DNA of 64,000 nt from an uncultured Fibrobacteria bacterium (GCA_963716395.1 OY970309.1:1056001-1120000), one strand, 5' to 3'; positions 52,818 through 63,903 are shown, numbered from the stretch's first letter. Numbers and translations are program-made. The notes: generated from the sequence alone by a model not told the origin.

Positions 52818-53603
52818 TTACGGCTTGCGTGGTCCGGCTTGGGGCAATGTCGGATCGTCTGCAAAGAGGAGAGGCGTGGGTGGAGAAACTCCGGCACCAC
52901 TGCCTGAGGCGGAAAGCATCCACCAAACGCCTCCGCCGGCAAGTACCATGCCGGCGCCGACCCCTCCCCATAACCAGGGAGACTTCCACATCGGATGACC
53001 CGTAGCACCCGAAGCGGCTGTAACGGTCGAAGCGGAATCCGCTGCGAACTCTCCATTTTGGGCTTCTACATCTTCGCCGTCATACCCCAAAGTCAGCGCC
53101 GCGCCGGTGGCCGCCTGCATGCGTAAACACCCTTTGACGAAAACGTGTTCCAGGGTAACGCTTTTCGAATGCGTCACGATAACCGTGTCGGCATTGAACA
53201 AGCGGACGTTGCGAAAGCGCAACGATCCGGTTTCGCCAATGCGGATACCGCCCCAGCGGACCGGGCCTGGACGCAGGCCCAACGCATATTCCTCCAGGGA
53301 TCCGGAAAAATAAACGGGATTGGTTTCGGATCCTTCCGCGATCAGAACGCCCTGCACCAGCACGACATTCTTCCCATCGAAGATCTTGTCGAAATGCAGT
53401 TTGACGCCGGGATGGATGAAACAAGTGTCGCCGGAGTGAATTTCCATGGTGTCGCAGGGCAGTAAATACGGCTGGGAAATCGAACTTCCGGGAAGGCCGA
53501 TTTCCCCGCGCAGAAAATGACTCTGGCTGTTTCCGTCTTCGCAGGTCAAAGCATACAAAGAAGCGGCGCCGAACAAGCACATGAAAATCGAAACTTTTTT
53601 CAC
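52818..53603 (-). CDS. Secreted beta-helix-like protein with C-terminal TM anchor
   Basis: Signal peptide; I.PGV.L.F, V.G.L.AEG....PV.F, WGGIRI; WLWGGVGAG TM; overlaps the upstream stop. Confidence 0.75.
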   Translation of the reverse strand: MKKVSIFMCLFGAASLYALTCEDGNSQSHFLRGEIGLPGSSISQPYLLPCDTMEIHSGDTCFIHPGVKLHFDKIFDGKNVVLVQGVLIAEGSETNPVYFSGSLEEYALGLRPGPVRWGGIRIGETGSLRFRNVRLFNADTVIVTHSKSVTLEHVFVKGCLRMQAATGAALTLGYDGEDVEAQNGEFAADSASTVTAASGATGHPMWKSPWLWGGVGAGMVLAGGGVWWMLSASGSGAGVSPPTPLLFADDPTLPQAGPRKP

Positions 53604-56600
53604 AAACCATTCCCTTGGACTCCGTCCATAAACCGGAGCGTCGCGGTTCGGATACCGACGCTTCCGCGATATCGGATTTGCAGGAAATAAAGGCCGAAGC
53701 GGCGCGGCGCTTCCAAAGACAGCATGTCCTCGCCGGAAAGCAAGGGTCCGAAACGTTTTTCCGCCAGAACCCGTCCGGAAACATCCAGCATGCGCAAATC
53801 CACGTCGCTCACCATACCGAAAGCCGCGGGCACTTCAAAATCAATCTGCATTTCCGATCCCAAACGGCGCGCCCCTCGCAGGATTCCCGTTTCTCCCGTC
53901 GCTTCTTGTTGCAATTCGGATTCGGTGGCGGCGAACCCTGCGGAGTCGATTTGCACCAACTGAAAAGCATTCCATCCCGCCGCAACCATAACGCCCGAGT
54001 CACCCAGGGGCAACAAGCGGTTTTGCGCCGGCGACCACACGGCCCAATTCGTGATGCTACCGTGGGCTTGCACGGCCACCTTACCGGCTGTGGGCGCTTC
54101 TAGAAAAAAATTCCGGCGCGGTTTCACGGCGGCGCTGAGGGAACCGTTCAGCGAATCCCATACCGCGAAAAACCCGGGGTGGAAAAAAGTCGGCACCGGC
54201 GCGGGTCGGCTGAAATTCCGCAGGCGCAAAATAGCGGTTTGCCCAGTGGATGCGAAGCTCCATTGCACGTCGATTCCGCCTGGCGCCGCGGGCTTGCCCA
54301 AAGGCAACGAAACAAACGGATCAAAAGCGAGCTGCGTAGGCCGGAACGCTTTAACCATGTATCCCTGAAAAGGTTTGAGCGTATCGGCGAGGGACCAAGA
54401 CGGCTTGGCCGAATCCCCATCGCCCGTCCAACTAAGCGCGTAGAAATAGGAAACCGACGACGAATCGAGGCCGATGCGCGCGTCGGCAATGGGAAAAGGC
54501 AAAGGGTCGGCCACGCAATGCCAGCCCGAGTCCAAATTCATCCCGACCGGAAGAGCGGAAAGCCCATCGGTGTCGAGCTTGGGATTCCAGGCGGCAGGCA
54601 ATCCCGCGAGATAACCGCCGGCCGCGGCCAAAGTTGCGGTTTCCGGCAAATTAGACCAGGCCGTTCCATTCCAGCTTTTAAGCACCACGCTGTCGCCGGT
54701 CGACTTGCCCTGCAACACCTCAGACGCCGGCATGTTTTGTGGATAGCCGATCAAGTTCTTGATGAAGGGGCGCAATGCGGGCGCGGCCGCGTTCGCCGCG
54801 GCCGTAAAAGCGGCGGGGTTCAACGGGGCCGGCGTCCAAGTCGCATCCCACGCCACCGTACCTGCAAAGTTACGATACCCCATGCGATACGCCCCCAAAA
54901 CCCCGGTGGGTATGGAAACCGACAAACTCGAATCGAAACCGGCCGAATCGGTGAGGGTCATCACCGTACCGCCCGCATCCACGAATTCCACTTGCGTCAA
55001 CACCGACAAAGTGCGCGCGCTTTCGGAAGAATCGAGCGCGGGGGTGAGGATGAGCTGTCCGCTGGAAACCTGCGCCACGGCGGGTTTCGCGGGATGAATC
55101 GGCACGGTATCAAGCGGTGAAAGGCGCTCGGCCACAACCAGGGCCGTTACGGCGGGCACAAGCGCCAGGCGATAGCGGTTTCCAATTTGCGCCACCGAGT
55201 CCAAAACCCAGGATCCGCCGGCGTTACGGGTATACGCGACCAAGCGCGCAGGGTGCACGGGTGCGAGACCGGCGACGAATACGGTATAAGCCTGGGTCGG
55301 CGTCAAATGCGTCAAAACCACGCCGCGCACCGCCAGAAAGCGCAAAGTATCTTGGACGAGACCCGTAACCTGATAGGTACTATCGAGGGCGAAATCGCCG
55401 GGCGTCGACGACAGCAGACCCGTCACCGAATCGGGACCCAGCGCGAATGAATTCGTTTGTCCCGCGGCCAGGGAAAACTTGCGCGCCAAAAAGAAAACCA
55501 TGCCGCTGTCGGCAAGCGCCAATGCCGATGCAACCGACGCCGTGTCTTCGTTCATGACGGCCGCAGCGGCCGTCTGTGTTCCGTTTTTCACAAACAGCGA
55601 TTGGCCCGCATTGGTTTTGCGGAACACCGCGACCAAGGTGTCGCCCGCGGCGCGGCCGGGCCACTTGAATGAAAACGGTTTGGAGAAATACCCCTGGCTC
55701 GGGAAAGCCGTAGTGTCGAGCTGCGAGGCGGAACTGTCGATGGAGAGTTGATGGCCTGCAGCCGTGGCGGAATACAAATGATTGCCCGCAAAAGCCACGG
55801 TATCGCGCCCGCTACCCACGGCCAGCCGCTCGACCAGTGCCGCCGAGAACGACGAAGCGAAAGGCGATTTCCACCACCAAAAGCCGGACGAGTCAAAGGC
55901 GGGGACGAAACTCGCGTTGCCAATCCTAAAAAAAAGCGAGTCGGGCCAAATCGGCGCGCCGGCTCCGGCTTTGGTCAGGCCAAGCTTTAGAGTACCAGAC
56001 CCTTCGGCATTGGTGGCGAAAGCCGCGCCATAGGGTTCGCCGTTACGGGCGATGGGGCGCAGGCGTTTTTGCGGCGGCAGTGAATCCCTCGCGCGGGCCA
56101 GGGTTCGCCCCGCGCGCGTGACCGAATCAAAGCGCACCGTGGTGTCGGTTCCGAGTCCGGTGACCGAAACGTTACTGCCGCGAAACGTGTTCTGCCCCGC
56201 AAAGGCGGGAATGAAGGTGTTGGCCAAAGTGGCGTTTACGAAAATCGAACCACTTTCGACGCCTTCGCTTTGGGCCACGAAGGCGGAGCCCGCCTGCGCG
56301 AACAGCAGCGGCCTGCCTTCACTGCGGGCCGGGAGCGAAATCGAATTCACCCGCGCCGACCCGTTCAAAACCAAGGTCGTGTCTTTCTCAAACCACGATC
56401 GCACCGAATCGGGAAGCGCCGTGGCATAAACCGCCGCGCCTAGCGACGCGGTCAGAACGCGGGGGAAGACGGAGGCCGCCACAGTGAACACCGCATTCCC
56501 CGTGGGTAGCGCAAAAGTTACTGTACTGTCCGGCGGAAAAAGATTGAAGACGGGCAATGGGTTCGGGCCATTCCAGGCGCCATGCGAATTATCGCCTGGG

Positions 56601-57801
56601 ATTTGCCAATCCCAGGCGACGGTCGAGTCTTTCGACGGGGAAACAACAGTATTACTGGAGTCGGAGAACATGGATTGCCCTAAAGAACTTGTGAAGCCAT
56701 TCCAACTGGAATACCGCACATTGTTGCTGACGGAATCCGGTGTTATAAATCTGGTTACTAGGATAATGTTTTTCTGTGACCCATCTTGGGTAATGTTATT
56801 CTGCGCGGGTGGATTTGCAAAATAATTGTTTTGAATATTGCAGGTCGCGCTTAAATTACCGTCTAATAAAAACTGCGTTTTATTCACCGTATTGTATTTC
56901 ATGTCAAGGCGGTTGGTTGCCGATGCACTCAACACCCCGGAGAAGTTAAAAAGATTGTTAGAAAGCGTGATGGTACTATCGGCGGGCAGCGACAGCGCCC
57001 CGGTCGCTGAAAACATCGAATTCGCAATGCTGATGCTGCCAGCCCCCGTCAGCGACAGCGCCCCGGTCGCTGAAAACATCGAATTCGCAATGCTGATGCT
57101 GCCGCCCCCGTCAGCGACAGCGACCCGGTCGCTGAAAACATCGAATTCGCAATGCTGATGCTGCTAGCCCCCGTCAGCGACAGCGACCCGGTCGCTGAAA
57201 ACATCGAATTCGCAATGCTGATGCTGCTCGCGCCCGTCAGCGACAGCGAACCCGTCGCTGAAAACATCGAATTCGCAATGCTGATGCTGCTCGCGCCCGT
57301 CAGCGACAGCGAACCCGTCGCTGAAAACATCGAATTCGCAATGCTGATGCTGCTCGCGCCGTCGCCTCCCCAGGCGAAAACCTTGCGGCTGTTCTGCCCA
57401 TCGCCCAATACCGTGCAACTGTCGAATGTGAGGTTGTGGTTGTTAATCTTACTGGTGTCGAACAAGATTCCGGAACCGTTCAGCTTAATCGCAAGATTTC
57501 GAAAAATCACGATGCCAGCTTGATTATCCAAATGCGCCAGAACACCACTCACCTGCACCGCCGAATCGGCTTGCGAAGCCCGCTCGAAATACAACGTGTC
57601 GCTGCCATTGCCGCTTAAGGTAAGACTGCCCGGGTTTTGGTAGCCCAATCCTGCGAAACGAATGTGGGTTGTGCCCGTGTTCGGCACGGTGATATTGTCG
57701 AGGCGCGTTGTGCCGTCGATGGTGAACACGGCGGCAGGCGACAAAAACGGTGCGAACGCAATCAGCGCCGAAGTCAAAGCGAAAATTGGGTGCCGGTTCA
57801 C
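53600..57801 (-). CDS. Large (~1400 aa) secreted protein with 21-aa repeats and T9SS/Por-like CTD; one frameshift at ~57103
   Basis: ORFs 57049-57801 and 53600-57079 join across a 1-bp deletion in a repeat unit; signal peptide; tail MLDVSGRVL...GLYFLQI. Confidence 0.8.
56986..57360. repeat. 6 x 63-bp coding tandem repeat (SISIANSMFSATG(S/A)LSLTGA(S/G))
   Basis: Six copies of GCTGAAAACATCGAATTCGCAATGCTGATGCTG at ~63-bp spacing. Confidence 0.95.
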
Positions 57802-58044
57802 AACTCAAAAGGTAGCAACAAGCTTTTTACCCGATTCAATTCGCACAGCCGGTTCAAGCGGCCACAAGGGGCCGGACGCCGCCTTTCTGAAAAACCGAGG
57901 ACATTGTCTGAGTTCGGAAATCCGCCTTCGCCGAAGGGGTCGGGTCGCTCCGGGCGAGTTCCGCAGGCCGGCAAGAAAGGCGACGATCTCCGTGGTCAAT
58001 TTGCGCTCGCGAAAAAATGGTGAAGATCATTTCAACTTCAATGT
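57619..58044. repeat. 426-bp direct repeat, copy 1 (copy 2 at 60934-61359)
   Basis: Identical by eye at offset 3315; spans the end of the upstream gene (...TLKLK*), the intergenic region and the first ~60 codons. Confidence 0.92.
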
Positions 58045-58626
58045 ATCCGTCTTTTCTGCATAGTCATCTCCGCTCAGATATTTCAAAATCAAGGCATCCT
58101 TTGTGAAGCTCGCCTCTTCAACCGCAAATCGTACGGCGGCAATTTTTTTTGAAAAACGCGGAGTGAACGAACGTGAAGGACTGGAGCAAGGGAAAATGCA
58201 TTCAACGTGAACCGTGTCGGCTGTCAAATATGCGATTGACATTGTTTCCGTATCTTCTGCAAGGATGTCCGGAAAAAATTCCGATTTCTTGGAATCGGAC
58301 AATCGATAAAAAAAGGTCATGTCGCATGGACTGCCGCAACTCCCGGTAATTTTCATGACGTCCGAGGTGAAATGATTAATGGCGGTGTTTTCTGGCATCT
58401 CTTCGATGAATTTAGGGCGCCGACCCGCTTGTGCGACGAATACGGAACACCCTTGAGCCGTACACCGAAGATTCATAGGACTTTTTGAAATGGAATATTC
58501 GGAATAAGCTCCGCTTTTAGGTGCGACATTCGGATCACCATTTTTGTAACTGAATCCGACAATTGTAATCGCAGCAAGTGCCGCGAATACAACGTCAACT
58601 TTTATATCGATAAAATTTAAAATCAT
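58027..58626 (-). CDS. Putative exported immunity protein for the hydrolase
   Basis: Overlaps the hydrolase stop; N-terminal hydrophobic stretch; SCGSPC motif; low GC. Confidence 0.6.
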   Translation of the reverse strand: MILNFIDIKVDVVFAALAAITIVGFSYKNGDPNVAPKSGAYSEYSISKSPMNLRCTAQGCSVFVAQAGRRPKFIEEMPENTAINHFTSDVMKITGSCGSPCDMTFFYRLSDSKKSEFFPDILAEDTETMSIAYLTADTVHVECIFPCSSPSRSFTPRFSKKIAAVRFAVEEASFTKDALILKYLSGDDYAEKTDTLKLK

Positions 58627-59182
58627 CTGTTTGAAGTAAATTCGGAATTTCGACTTCTTCTACTTTTTGATTCACAAAATCAGGCTCTTTCCGATATTTT
58701 TTCGGATCCATCAAATGCCATTTCGCTTGTGCTTTGGGGCTATAATAAAGCTGGCACCCTTGAGTTAAATCCGGATCATTTTTGTCGTAAACAAGTTTTA
58801 TAACGGGTATGAATTTTTCAATGCTCCTGTCTTTTTCGATTGACTCATTTTTCAAATAATCGAAGCATTTAACATAGGGCGCATTGCGTTGATCATGCGC
58901 GTCAAACCCACCGCCGTTGATCAAATCCAGAACATTTTTATACCGCGTCCACTCCCTTTTCCCCACCCGGTTCATGATTACATGCGCAATCGCGCGCCAA
59001 GCAACGGGGCTTTGCGCGGCCGCTTCGCCGTAAATCGTTGACGCGAACACGATGAACTCTTCGGAATAATCTGTTTTCTTTGCGCTTTCATCAATCAACC
59101 GAATCGAATATTTCCGTCCCGTGCGGAGATAGAGGCCCTTTTGAAGTTCCGCAGCGGTTGCCTCGATTATTTCGTCGTCCAT
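58595..59182 (-). CDS. Cell wall hydrolase (SleB/Hydrolase_2-like), possible effector
   Basis: FASTIYGEA...AIAHVIMNRV...D.TQG..LYYSP; AGGA RBS. Confidence 0.8.
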   Translation of the reverse strand: MDDEIIEATAAELQKGLYLRTGRKYSIRLIDESAKKTDYSEEFIVFASTIYGEAAAQSPVAWRAIAHVIMNRVGKREWTRYKNVLDLINGGGFDAHDQRNAPYVKCFDYLKNESIEKDRSIEKFIPVIKLVYDKNDPDLTQGCQLYYSPKAQAKWHLMDPKKYRKEPDFVNQKVEEVEIPNLLQTDDFKFYRYKS

Positions 59183-59199
59183 ACGATCATCCTTTTAAA

Positions 59200-61116
59200 T
59201 CAACGTTGCACAGACGGCAGCATTTTCCCGTCGGCCCGGTACGCGCCCTTGGGACCGACGATGGAGTAAGGCGGAAACTCGCGCAATTTAATCGCCGCCA
59301 TGCGCCTGGGCAAAACCGCCTGGGATCCCGACGGTACCGCAAACACAATATTGGCATTTTGAGAGAACGGCAAGACAACGCTCAGGTTGTTCAGCGCCGC
59401 TTTGACGGGAAGCATTTTCGATGCGTTCCAATAGGCGACAATACTGTCTTTGGCCAAGGCTGCCGTGTCAACCCCGACGTAGAAGATGCAGCGCACCGAA
59501 TCCTGGCCTTCGACATCGGTCGCGATATCATACGCTATCGGTTGGCCGCTCAAAAGCAGGGGAACATATCCGGTCGGCAGTTGCGTATTCGGTGAATGGA
59601 ACACGGTGCGCCCCGCGCGCGTGACCGAATCAAAGCGCACCGTGGTATCGGTTCCGAGTCCGGTAACCTGAACGTTACTGCCCCGGAAAGTATTCTGGCC
59701 TGCGAAAGCGGGAATGAACCCGGTCGCCGAAGAACCGTTTACGAAAACCGAACCGCCTTCGACACCGACGCTTTGGGCCACGAAGGTCGAACCCACCTGC
59801 GCGAACAGCAGAGGCTTGCCTTCATTGCGGGCCGGAAGCGAAATCGAATTCACCCGCGCCGACCCGTTCAAAACCAAGGTCGTGTCTTTTTCAAACCAAG
59901 GCCGCACCGAATCGGAAAGCGCCGTGGCATAAGCCGCCGCGCCCAGCGACGCGGTCAGAACGCGGGGAAAGACGGAGGCCGCCACCGTGAACACCGCATT
60001 CCCCGTGGGTAGCGCAAAAGTTACTGTACTGTCCGGCGGAAAAAGATTGAAGACGGGCAATGGGTTCGGGCCATTCCAGGCGCCATGCGAATTGTCGCCT
60101 GGGATTTGCCAATCCCAGGCGACGGTCGAGTCTTTCGACGGGGAAACAACAGTATTACTGGAGTCGGAGAACATGGATTGCCCTAAAGAACTTGTGAAGC
60201 CATTCCAACTGGAATACCGCACATTGTTGCTGACGGAATCCGGTGTTATAAATCTGGTTACTAGGATAATGTTTTTCTGTGACCCATCTTGGGTAATGTT
60301 ATTCTGCGCGGGTGGATTTGCAAAATAATTGTTTTGAATATTGCAGGTCGCGCTTAAATTACCGTCTAATAAAAACTGCGTTTTATTCACCGTATTGTAT
60401 TTCATGTCAAGGCGGTTGGTTGCCGATGCACTCAACACCCCGGAGAAGTTAAAAAGATTGTTAGAAAGCGTGATGGTACTATCGGCGGGCAGCGACAGCG
60501 CCCCGGTCGCTGAAAACATCGAATTCGCAATGCTGATGCTGCCAGCCCCCGTCAGCGACAGCGCCCCGGTCGCTGAAAACATCGAATTCGCAATGCTGAT
60601 GCTGCCAGCCCCCGTCAGCGACAGCGCCCCGGTCGCTGAAAACATCGAATTCGCAATGCTGATGCTGCTCGCGCCATCGCCGCCCCAGGCGAAAACCTTG
60701 CCCGTGTTTGCGTGTCGCCGAGAACCGTGCAACTGTCGAACAGGAGGTTGTGGTTAAAACTCAAGGGTTGAATCAAACATCGCGCCGCCGGTATTCAGCT
60801 TGAACGCCAAGCCACGAAAGACGACCGTCCCTTTCTGACCTTGCAGATGGAGCAGAACCCCACTCACCGCCACTGCCGAATCGGTTTGCGAAGCCCGCTC
60901 GAAGATGAGGCTGTCGCTGCCGTTGCCGCTTACGGTAAGACTGCCCGGGTTTTGGTAGCCCAATCCTGCGAAACGAATGTGGGTTGTGCCCGTGTTCGGC
61001 ACGGTGATATTGTCGAGGCGCGTTGTGCCGTCGATGGTGAACACGGCGGCAGGCGACAAAAACGGTGCGAACGCAATCAGCGCCGAAGTCAAAGCGAAAA
61101 TTGGGTGCCGGTTCAC
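59200..61116 (-). CDS. Shorter (~640 aa) paralog of the large secreted protein; frameshift(s) at ~60720-60760
   Basis: Same N-terminus; 3 x 63-bp repeat at 60489-60673; own basic tail (RRMAAIKLREF...YRADGK). Confidence 0.78.
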
Positions 61117-61359
61117 AACTCAAAAGGTAGCAACAAGCTTTTTACCCGATTCAATTCGCACAGCCGGTTCAAGCGGCCACAAGGGGCCGGACGCCGCCTT
61201 TCTGAAAAACCGAGGACATTGTCTGAGTTCGGAAATCCGCCTTCGCCGAAGGGGTCGGGTCGCTCCGGGCGAGTTCCGCAGGCCGGCAAGAAAGGCGACG
61301 ATCTCCGTGGTCAATTTGCGCTCGCGAAAAAATGGTGAAGATCATTTCAACTTCAATGT
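60934..61359. repeat. 426-bp direct repeat, copy 2
   Basis: Matches 57619-58044. Confidence 0.92.
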
Positions 61360-61570
61360 GTCGTCTTTTCCAAGTAACCCCGTTCCGTGAAATAACGCAC
61401 AATTAAATAACTCTGTTCAAATTTTGGTCTTTGAATGGATGTGGAGAAGCAAGCGATCCTAATTCAAATGTATTCGATTGACGGGTATGCAAAAAAATTC
61501 ATTTAACTGAAACGGAATCTTGTCCGTATAAACAAGTGACGATTAAACTTTCGGAATCAGTAGTAATGAT
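61342..61570 (-). pseudogene. Decayed 3' remnant of a homolog of the 58027-58626 gene
   Basis: IITTDSESLIVTCLYGQDSVSVK*IF aligns with ILAEDTETMSIAYLTADTVHVECIF; ends KDDTLKLK* vs KTDTLKLK*. Confidence 0.6.
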
Positions 61571-61667
61571 ATTTCGAAGCCCCCTCGGTAGATTTCAATA
61601 TATCGAGTATGACCGGAAAATCCGCATCTTCGCGTGTTTGCATCAAGGTGATGATGGCCTGGGCCAA
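61557..61667 (-). pseudogene. Truncated copy of the orphan C-terminal fragment
   Basis: AQAIITLMQTREDADFPVILDILKSTEGASK then YHYY*; identity with the other copies stops at ~61571. Confidence 0.75.
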
Positions 61668-61669
61668 AC

Positions 61670-62443
61670 CTATTGCAGCAACTTTTCCACGGTTTTGGCG
61701 TCGGCCTGTGCGTTGTGGACTCGCAGGCCATTCTTGAAGATTTCTTGCTCCACCCTATAACGCTTTAACGTGCTATCCGGCTCAGCGCTGAAAGTCCACA
61801 ATTCACCGGTTCCATTTATCACTTTTCCAGTTGCTTTTCCGGTCGGGGAAAATGATTCGGAAAAAATTAGGCGCTGGTTCCCTTTACTCGGATCTTCTTC
61901 GCGGGTCGCCTGTTCTTTCAGACGCAAATTACCGTTGGGAAAATACTCTTCGTCCGAAATAATTAACCCTTTATGGCATTGCGCCACCAATTTCTTATTG
62001 CCATTGGGCCACCATTCCTGCCATAAGCCCTCTTCTTGGCCGGAGTCGTTGTAGTTTTTGATTAAAGATGGGTGGCCGGGGGAATAGTAATTTTCATCCT
62101 TGCCGATTTGGATTCCGTTTCGATGTTCCCTGCGTCCAACAATATTACCAAGGGAATCCCAGAACAATGAAACCCCATTTTCTTTTCCATTGATATAAAA
62201 ACTGCTGTCTTTCTTTCTCCAAAGACTATCATAGTCAACTTGGAAACCATTCTGAGTCCCATTTTTATACTCAAGGGCGGAAATTATATTTTCCGATTTA
62301 TAATCGCAGTCTTACTCGAAGCTCCACCGTACCATATTTTCGTTTTTGAATTTCTTTTTCTCCACAAGTATAAGAGGGGTGCGCCAAAGGCTTCCGAATC
62401 AGAAATAGACAGCCAAACCTGAGATTTTAATTTTCGATTTTAT
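61670..62443 (-). CDS. Secreted MORN/YwqK-like protein, copy 1 (frameshifted 5' part, no clear ATG)
   Basis: YTCGEKE...VELRVR/CDY...EYKNGTQNG...GLWQEWWPNG...EYFPNG...VEKLLQ*. Confidence 0.7.
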
Positions 62444-62780
62444 TCTCTTGAAGGATAATGTGGAATTGATCGAGAAACGGGTAGTTTGCCTTTTGCTGAT
62501 TATGATTTTCATCGAAAAACCCCTTCCCTAATCCAAAGTCATCGATCCTCTGTTTCCCCGCCTTCAGCGCATCCGCTTTTTGTTTTACAGCCACCGGATC
62601 TTCATCACCCGATCCGGGTGGCGGCAAAGGCAATTGCGACACAAAGCGCAACACCCATTTGAGAATGTGATTGCCGTTCGGTGATTTCGAAGCCCCCTCG
62701 GTAGATTTCAATATATCGAGTATGACCGGAAAATCCGCATCTTCGCGTGTTTGCATCAAGGTGATGATGGCCTGGGCCAA
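62427..62780 (-). CDS. Orphan effector-like C-terminal fragment, variant A
   Basis: 117 aa; first ~74 aa nearly identical to variant B, last ~43 aa diverged; TTG 2 bp after the upstream stop, no RBS. Confidence 0.6.
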   Translation of the reverse strand: MAQAIITLMQTREDADFPVILDILKSTEGASKSPNGNHILKWVLRFVSQLPLPPPGSGDEDPVAVKQKADALKAGKQRIDDFGLGKGFFDENHNQQKANYPFLDQFHIILQENKIEN

Positions 62781-62782
62781 AC

Positions 62783-63564
62783 CTATTGCAGCAACTTTTC
62801 CACGGTTTGTGAGTCGGCCTCCTGATTGCTCACTTCGAAGCCGTCTTTATAAATTTCGTGCAAGACGCGATAGTTTATGCGTGACGCTGTCCGGCTTGGC
62901 ATCGAATAGCCACGTATTCTCCTGTTCCATTCACCACCCTGCCGGTAGATTTTCCGGCGGGTGAAAAAGTTTCATAGAAAACCACCTTCGCGTCTCCCTT
63001 TGATGGGCTTCGCGCTGATACGCTGTTTTTTCCTTTAATCGCAAAATTCCGTTTGGAAAGTATTCTTCATCCTCAATCACTTCACCCTTTATGACATTGC
63101 GCCACCAATTTCTTATTGCCATTGGGCCACCATTCCTGCCATAAGCCCTCTTCTTGGCCGGAGTCGTTGTAGTTTTTGATTAAAGATGGGTGGCCGGGGG
63201 AATAGTAATTTTCATCCTTGCCGATTTGGATTCCGTTTCGAAACTTCCGCTTTCCCACTACTTCGCCTAGCGTATCCCAAAAAATCAAGGTTCCATTTTT
63301 TCTACCGTTAACAAAAAAACAACTGTCGTGTTTGCGCCATAAACTATCATAATGAATGGCAATACCATTTTGAATGCCTCCTTTATATTCCAAAACCGAA
63401 ATAATGTTATCCGCTAAATAGTCACAACGAACCCGAAGCTCCACTTGGCCGTATGGCCTGCTTAAGGTCTCTTTCTGTCCGCAGGTATAGGGAGTTTGCT
63501 TTGCAGAAGTAAGGGCAATGGGGATAAGCATTGCCGCCCAGATTAATCGACTATTTAATCCCAT
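62783..63564 (-). CDS. Secreted MORN/YwqK-like protein, copy 2 (frameshifted 3' part)
   Basis: MGLNSRLIWAAMLIPIALTSA signal; ATG overlaps the end of the upstream fragment; MORN-variant repeats. Confidence 0.75.
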
Positions 63565-63901
63565 TCTCTTTGAGTAGAGTGTGTAATTGATCCAAAAAAC
63601 CGTCATTTGCATCCGGCTCTTTATTGTTCTCATCGAAATACCCCTTCCCCAATCCGAACCTTTTAATCCGCTCTATCCCCGCCTTCAGCGCATCCGCTTT
63701 TTGTTTTACAGACACCGGATCTTCATCACCCGATCCGGGTGGCGGCAAAGGCAATTGCGACACAAAGCGCAACACCCATTTGAGAATGTGATTGCCGTTC
63801 GGTGATTTCGAAGCCCCCTCGGTAGATTTCAATATATCGAGTATGACCGGAAAATCCGCATCTTCGCGTGTTTGCATCAAGGTGATGATGGCCTGAGCCA
63901 A
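63551..63901 (-). CDS. Orphan effector-like C-terminal fragment, variant B
   Basis: 116-aa paralog of 62427-62780. Confidence 0.6.
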   Translation of the reverse strand: MAQAIITLMQTREDADFPVILDILKSTEGASKSPNGNHILKWVLRFVSQLPLPPPGSGDEDPVSVKQKADALKAGIERIKRFGLGKGYFDENNKEPDANDGFLDQLHTLLKENGIK

Positions 63902-63903
63902 AT

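Noticed and set aside
56986-57360. CRISPR or guide-RNA array (constant core with ~30-bp intervals)
   Set aside because: The intervals are near-identical and the 63-bp period is in frame within a protein.
57802-58026. Duplicated intergenic region as an IS/MITE or small ORF
   Set aside because: No terminal inverted repeats or target duplication; identity extends into both flanking genes, so segmental duplication explains it.
56108-60603. Diversity-generating retroelement TR/VR pair
   Set aside because: No reverse transcriptase in the window, and the differences between copies are not adenine-specific.
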